Source of the DNA: Clostridia bacterium
Lineage (GTDB): Bacteria; Bacillota; Clostridia; JAAYHZ01
Direction: 5' to 3'
Length of the DNA stretch: 64,000 bases
NCBI GenBank assembly: GCA_050950825.1
Contig: JBMNIH010000002.1
Coordinates: 256,001 to 320,000 of the forward strand
Shown here piece after piece: positions 59,634 to 64,000 of the stretch; position 1 is the first letter of the stretch; each line of letters opens with the position of its first letter. The notes below the pieces were generated by a model. The model was given only the letters and a program-made list of their open reading frames with translations. It did no database searches and was not told the DNA's origin. The position numbers and the translations under genes are program-made.

Positions 59634-59635
59634 AA

Positions 59636-61078
59636 ATGGAAAAAGAATTGAGAATCGGATGGTGTGAAAAAGATATAACGCCGGCTAAACCGGTGAGTTT
59701 ACTGGGACAGTTCTACAAAAGGGTATCGGAATATGTCCACTCCCCTATTACCGTAACCGTATTGGCCGTCGAGAACGGAGAAGACCAATTGGTCTTAGGT
59801 TCTTGCGATTTATGTTCCGTAACCGCCGATGTCATGGAAACGGTACGTGAAAGATTGGAAGGAAAATGCGACGGTTTGGACCTGTCTAAAATAATCTTAG
59901 GTGCAACCCATATTCATACCGGTCCGATCTTCGATTTAAAACCTCAAGAAGACCTTTTTGGCTTGCAGACCGCCGCAAGATATCTTCCGGAACACTTAAG
60001 GCCTCTTGCCGAAAAATACACCGACGATATGATGACACCTTATGAGTACGGAGTTTTCCTTGTTAATCGTATAGCGGAAGCCATCGAAGAAGCTTGGAAC
60101 AACCGTAAACCCGGCGGCTATGCTCCGGGTTTTGCCCGAGCGGTCGTAGGACATTGTCGTCGGACTACGTATTCGGACGGAACGGCAAAAATGTACGGAA
60201 GAACCGATACCGAAAATTTTGTATCTCTTGAAGGAGGAAACGATTCCGGTATTGAATTAATGTATATCTTTGATCGTCAAGAGCAATTGACCGGTATCGT
60301 TATTAACGTAGCATGCCCTTCCCAAGTAATCGAACACAAGAACGTTATTTCCGCAGACTATTGGGGAGAAGTGAAAAGATTGTTGCGGGAGAAATACGGA
60401 GATCATCTGTATGTTCTTCCCCAGTGCAGTGCCGCAGGGGATCAATCTCCCCGAGACCTTATACGGCGCTTCAAAAATACTCATGAAGCCGACTTTTATG
60501 ATTTTGAAGGATTGATCGAAATCGGCAAAAGAATTTCAAATGCGGTAATTCAGGAATACGACTATGCAAAGAACCGGATAACCTTCGATTCCGTAATATC
60601 GCATAAAGTGGAAATGATCGATTTTCCCACTCGAAGGGTAACGGAAGCGGAATACTTGGAAGCGAAAAAAAGCTTTGAGGCTTACGTAGCAACCCGACGG
60701 AACAAACGTTATGCGGCAGGCGAGATTTCATCGCTGCACGGATATGCCGGTATTATGCGCAGGTATGAAACGCAGGATGAGAATCCTTACTATCGTGCGG
60801 AAATTCATACGGCTCGCTTGGGTAATCTTGCTTTTGCAAGCAACCCCTTTGAATTGTTTTTAGATTACGGTTTGCAAATCAAGGCATTGAGTAAGGCAGA
60901 CCAAACATTCATCATACAGCTTGCCAACGACAGCGGTTCCTACTTACCCACGGAAAAGGCGGAAAAAGGCGGACATTACAGCGCCGTAGTTGCAAGCGGA
61001 AAAACAGGTCATGAAGGAGGAGCCATTTTGGTGAACAAAACGTTGCAATCCATTAACGAAATGTTCACTCAACAATAA
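59636..61078 (+). CDS. Neutral/alkaline ceramidase-like hydrolase
   Basis: DITP..PV.L.G, ATHIHTGP, ACPSQ, ISADY, AAGDQSP, PFELF and YLPT...GGHYS. Confidence 0.7.
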   Translation: MEKELRIGWCEKDITPAKPVSLLGQFYKRVSEYVHSPITVTVLAVENGEDQLVLGSCDLCSVTADVMETVRERLEGKCDGLDLSKIILGATHIHTGPIFDLKPQEDLFGLQTAARYLPEHLRPLAEKYTDDMMTPYEYGVFLVNRIAEAIEEAWNNRKPGGYAPGFARAVVGHCRRTTYSDGTAKMYGRTDTENFVSLEGGNDSGIELMYIFDRQEQLTGIVINVACPSQVIEHKNVISADYWGEVKRLLREKYGDHLYVLPQCSAAGDQSPRDLIRRFKNTHEADFYDFEGLIEIGKRISNAVIQEYDYAKNRITFDSVISHKVEMIDFPTRRVTEAEYLEAKKSFEAYVATRRNKRYAAGEISSLHGYAGIMRRYETQDENPYYRAEIHTARLGNLAFASNPFELFLDYGLQIKALSKADQTFIIQLANDSGSYLPTEKAEKGGHYSAVVASGKTGHEGGAILVNKTLQSINEMFTQQ

Positions 61079-61092
61079 AAAGGAGTCGAGAC

Positions 61093-62442
61093 ATGATAAA
61101 AGCAGGTTTTGTTGGATTCGGAGAAGTTAACACACCGAAAGAAATAATTATTAATAAGTGTGAAAGTGCCGCCAAATCCTTAAAGGATCAAGGCTTGGCA
61201 TTGGTTGAGGTGTTTCCCGTCTCGGACGATTACGAAGAAAACGATATCCGCCGGGCCATCAACATGTTAAGGGGTCAAGATTTTGATACGTTGATTCTCT
61301 GTGTTGCAGGGTGGATTCCCACCCATGCCGTGGTAAAAATAACGGAGGAGTTTAAGCATATTCCTATGGTGCTGTGGGGGTTGTGCGGCCGGTACGAGCA
61401 AGATCGACTTGTCACAACGGCGGACCAAGCGGGAACCACGGCTCTTCGAAAGGTTTTTGCCGATCTCGGATACTCTTTCATCTATGTATACGACATCATA
61501 GGAAAGCCGTCAAAAGCACCGAGGGTGGCAACCTTCTGCCAAGCGGTTACGGCTGCGAAAAAGCTAAGGCAATCCAAAGCCGGTATGATGGGATATCGGG
61601 ATATGTATCTATACGGCACTTTGTTCGACGGAGCATCGTTGAAAAAAACGGTAGGTCCGGAAATCGAAACGTTTGAAATGCTGGAAATGGTACAGCGATA
61701 TGAAAAGATATCCGAAGAAGACAAGCAAAATGTTGTGGATCAAGAAGTATCCAAATGGACTTTTTTGAAAAGCCCGGACCCGAATATGTTGCGAAAGGGC
61801 GCCGGCTATTACCTGGCATTGAAGCAAATTATACAAGAACGACGATACGAAGCCATCTCATTAAAAGACGTGGACGGCATGAAGAAGCTTTTGGGATTTC
61901 CGCCGGCCATGATATTCATGCTGTTGGCCGATACCTTGGGAATTTGCACCATTCCCGAAAACGATTCGTTAGGCTGCATCACGCAAATGATGATAAAGTT
62001 TGCTACGGGTCAAATCGGTGCGTATCTTGAATTCTATGAATTTATGGAAGACCGCGTTTTAGCCGGTGTTCCGGACTATATTCCCAAGGAAATTACCCAA
62101 GGGGAGACCACGGTGGTACCCGCCGCCTTCGGTGAGCTTTCCCAAGGCATCTTGAATGTATCCAAGGTGAAAACAGGACAATTGACTATGTGCAGATTGA
62201 CCAAAAATGACGACGGCTATGTAATGCACATGGTAAAAGGAGAAGGAATCACACCGAGAAAATGGGAAGAAGCGGGATGGACGCAGCCCGCACCTCAATT
62301 GCCCGGTTTGGAAATTTTATTGGACGATGTGGAAGGGTTTGCCGACAAAGTAATGAGCCAACACTATATCATCGCTTACGGTGATCAAACCCAAGTTCTG
62401 ACGGATTTGTGCCGTTTATTGGGCATCAAAATCCTTTCGTAA
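61093..62442 (+). CDS. L-fucose/L-arabinose isomerase-family protein
   Basis: P.VLW, IPENDSLG metal site, GQLTMCRL and C-terminal QHYIIAYGD. Confidence 0.75.
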   Translation: MIKAGFVGFGEVNTPKEIIINKCESAAKSLKDQGLALVEVFPVSDDYEENDIRRAINMLRGQDFDTLILCVAGWIPTHAVVKITEEFKHIPMVLWGLCGRYEQDRLVTTADQAGTTALRKVFADLGYSFIYVYDIIGKPSKAPRVATFCQAVTAAKKLRQSKAGMMGYRDMYLYGTLFDGASLKKTVGPEIETFEMLEMVQRYEKISEEDKQNVVDQEVSKWTFLKSPDPNMLRKGAGYYLALKQIIQERRYEAISLKDVDGMKKLLGFPPAMIFMLLADTLGICTIPENDSLGCITQMMIKFATGQIGAYLEFYEFMEDRVLAGVPDYIPKEITQGETTVVPAAFGELSQGILNVSKVKTGQLTMCRLTKNDDGYVMHMVKGEGITPRKWEEAGWTQPAPQLPGLEILLDDVEGFADKVMSQHYIIAYGDQTQVLTDLCRLLGIKILS

Positions 62443-62477
62443 TACGATGTAAAGTTAAAAAACGAATGAAATTCAAG

Positions 62478-62504
62478 GAAGGCGGATCGGTCCGCCTTCT
62501 TTTT
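62478..62504 (+). terminator. Intrinsic terminator
   Basis: GAAGGCGGA-tcgg-TCCGCCTTC-TTTTT. Confidence 0.85.
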
Positions 62505-62532
62505 CATGTCACACAGCCACTCTCTTTGACGG

Positions 62533-64000
62533 TTACAACCAAATATCAAAGACGGACACTCCCCCGGGAGTAACACGTCCGACAAAAGTATCGTTTCCGA
62601 TTCTCTTGGGCGGCAACACCGGGTATTTACTCGCAATCTCAATTCTTTTTATTTCCGAAGGAGCGGTAATTTCAGCCCCTACATACCGACGAAGGTCGTC
62701 ATTGATGATGTATAATCGGTATCTTCCGTCCTTCATATTCATGGCCAAGCAAGAAGCTCTCTTTACCTTAAATTGTACCTTCGAGCCGTCTCGAATAACG
62801 GATGCCAAGGCTTGTAAAAATCCTTCGGACACCTTGGCAAACACCATATCTCCTCGGAAGGTGACGGGATCCTGCATCAACATCGGTGCACAGGGAAACT
62901 CGGGACCTTCATCGGGAATACTCAACGACCGATTGACCGTATCTTCGTCAATCTTTTTCAAGTCGAAAGCAAAAACTCCTTCCTTATATTTTGACCAAGG
63001 GTCGGTAAAACAAAGGTCCGGTACGATTCCGAGCTCTTCCGGTTGAAAGCCCTTCATTGCGGAATATGTACAAATGACGGCTCCTCCTTTATATGAAGCT
63101 ATACTCATTTGCTCTTTGCGGGATAACAGATCGAAATCCGGAACAAACAAAGGACCTGAAAGCCCTTCCAAATCCTCAACCCTTGCGGCCGTTACCATAA
63201 CGGCACCGCGTTTGGCCAACTCATAACAGTATTTGTGAGGAGTGTAGCGTCTTTGGGATATGTATTCCGGCAATAGGGCATTCATAACGGAATCCGACCA
63301 AATAACGGTAGGTGCCAATACTTCTTGGGGCGTCTCCTCATACGCTATATCAAACAGCACTTTCAGTCGTTGCCATTCCTCTTTTCGAATTCCGTCCCCT
63401 AAGCAAACCATATAGCCCTTCATGCACCGCTCAAGCTCCCCTTTTTTATTTTGTCGGAAGAATGACGCTAATGTGTAGATGTCTCGTTCAAGCAACGGCG
63501 CCGCATGGTGTAAGATGTCCCATTCCTCGGTGACATCCTTCACTCCCAATAAACAACGGTAATCCGCTTTCGGCGCATAAATACTCATAAACATGGACAT
63601 GGTCATATACTGATGATACCGCCAAATCGGCCGGTCCGTCCGGTCGTTCATGTAACATCCGTTAGGTACGGTCTCGGGTATAAGGCAATCCACACCGGCG
63701 TCAACCAACCCTTTGTAATCCAACCCGTAACGATACATGGCTTCGAAGGGTTCGGAGCACCAAGCATTATTCACGGCAACGATCTTCCCTATTTTGTGAA
63801 TCTTATCGCAAATCTTTTTCCAAAACCCGTTCCACCGCTTTACATAAAATTCGATCCACTCTTGCCTTATGTTATACCAAATATAGTCGCGCCGACGTAT
63901 AATCGCTTCGTCGCTGTCGCAATGAATTTCATTCATGAGTTCATCGGGAAGCTTTGCACCGGTCATCACTAAAAACTGATCGACCATATCGGATGAATAA
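62533..64000 (-). CDS. Hypothetical protein, possibly glycoside hydrolase-like (5' end outside window)
   Basis: Frame open to the window edge (...YSSDMVDQF); more than 484 aa; GH42-like DYS...F/W..F pattern is only suggestive. Confidence 0.6.
   Translation of the reverse strand, partial: YSSDMVDQFLVMTGAKLPDELMNEIHCDSDEAIIRRRDYIWYNIRQEWIEFYVKRWNGFWKKICDKIHKIGKIVAVNNAWCSEPFEAMYRYGLDYKGLVDAGVDCLIPETVPNGCYMNDRTDRPIWRYHQYMTMSMFMSIYAPKADYRCLLGVKDVTEEWDILHHAAPLLERDIYTLASFFRQNKKGELERCMKGYMVCLGDGIRKEEWQRLKVLFDIAYEETPQEVLAPTVIWSDSVMNALLPEYISQRRYTPHKYCYELAKRGAVMVTAARVEDLEGLSGPLFVPDFDLLSRKEQMSIASYKGGAVICTYSAMKGFQPEELGIVPDLCFTDPWSKYKEGVFAFDLKKIDEDTVNRSLSIPDEGPEFPCAPMLMQDPVTFRGDMVFAKVSEGFLQALASVIRDGSKVQFKVKRASCLAMNMKDGRYRLYIINDDLRRYVGAEITAPSEIKRIEIASKYPVLPPKRIGNDTFVGRVTPGGVSVFDIWL

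Noticed and set aside
1-64000. rRNA, tRNA, CRISPR arrays, prophage
   Set aside because: No such signatures seen by eye; the holin is the only phage-like gene.

Overview
A 64-kb accessory region of a moderately AT-rich Bacillota genome, probably Clostridia (inferred from gene content and sigmaA/sigmaK/Rex-like motifs). It opens with a speD-speA polyamine operon under a ~330-nt structured attenuator leader. The rest is mostly glycan/sugar-scavenging genes: three close-paralog and four divergent or decaying substrate-binding lipoproteins with no permease or ATPase in the window, two heparinase II/III-like proteins plus a relic, BNR sialidase-like, GH36/31-like and GH63-like hydrolases, two ceramidase-like hydrolases, two AraC regulators and a SIS-TIM-YjbQ-isomerase operon. 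Also present are an MBOAT/DHHW O-acylation cluster, a macro-HTH/vWA pair, a yybP-ykoY-controlled TMEM165 exporter, an orphan holin, and five IS copies or remnants (three ISLre2, two IS1182/IS5-like). No rRNA, tRNA or CRISPR array was seen. The most notable signals are the speD leader with explicit terminator/antiterminator pairing, a long hairpin between the speD SD and AUG, three ISLre2 ends each 16-17 bp upstream of a sigmaA -35 box, a candidate antisense RNA in an IS1182 element, and a ~165-nt rod-like structure inside an ISLre2. All calls come from manual reading of motifs; no database searches or folding programs were run.
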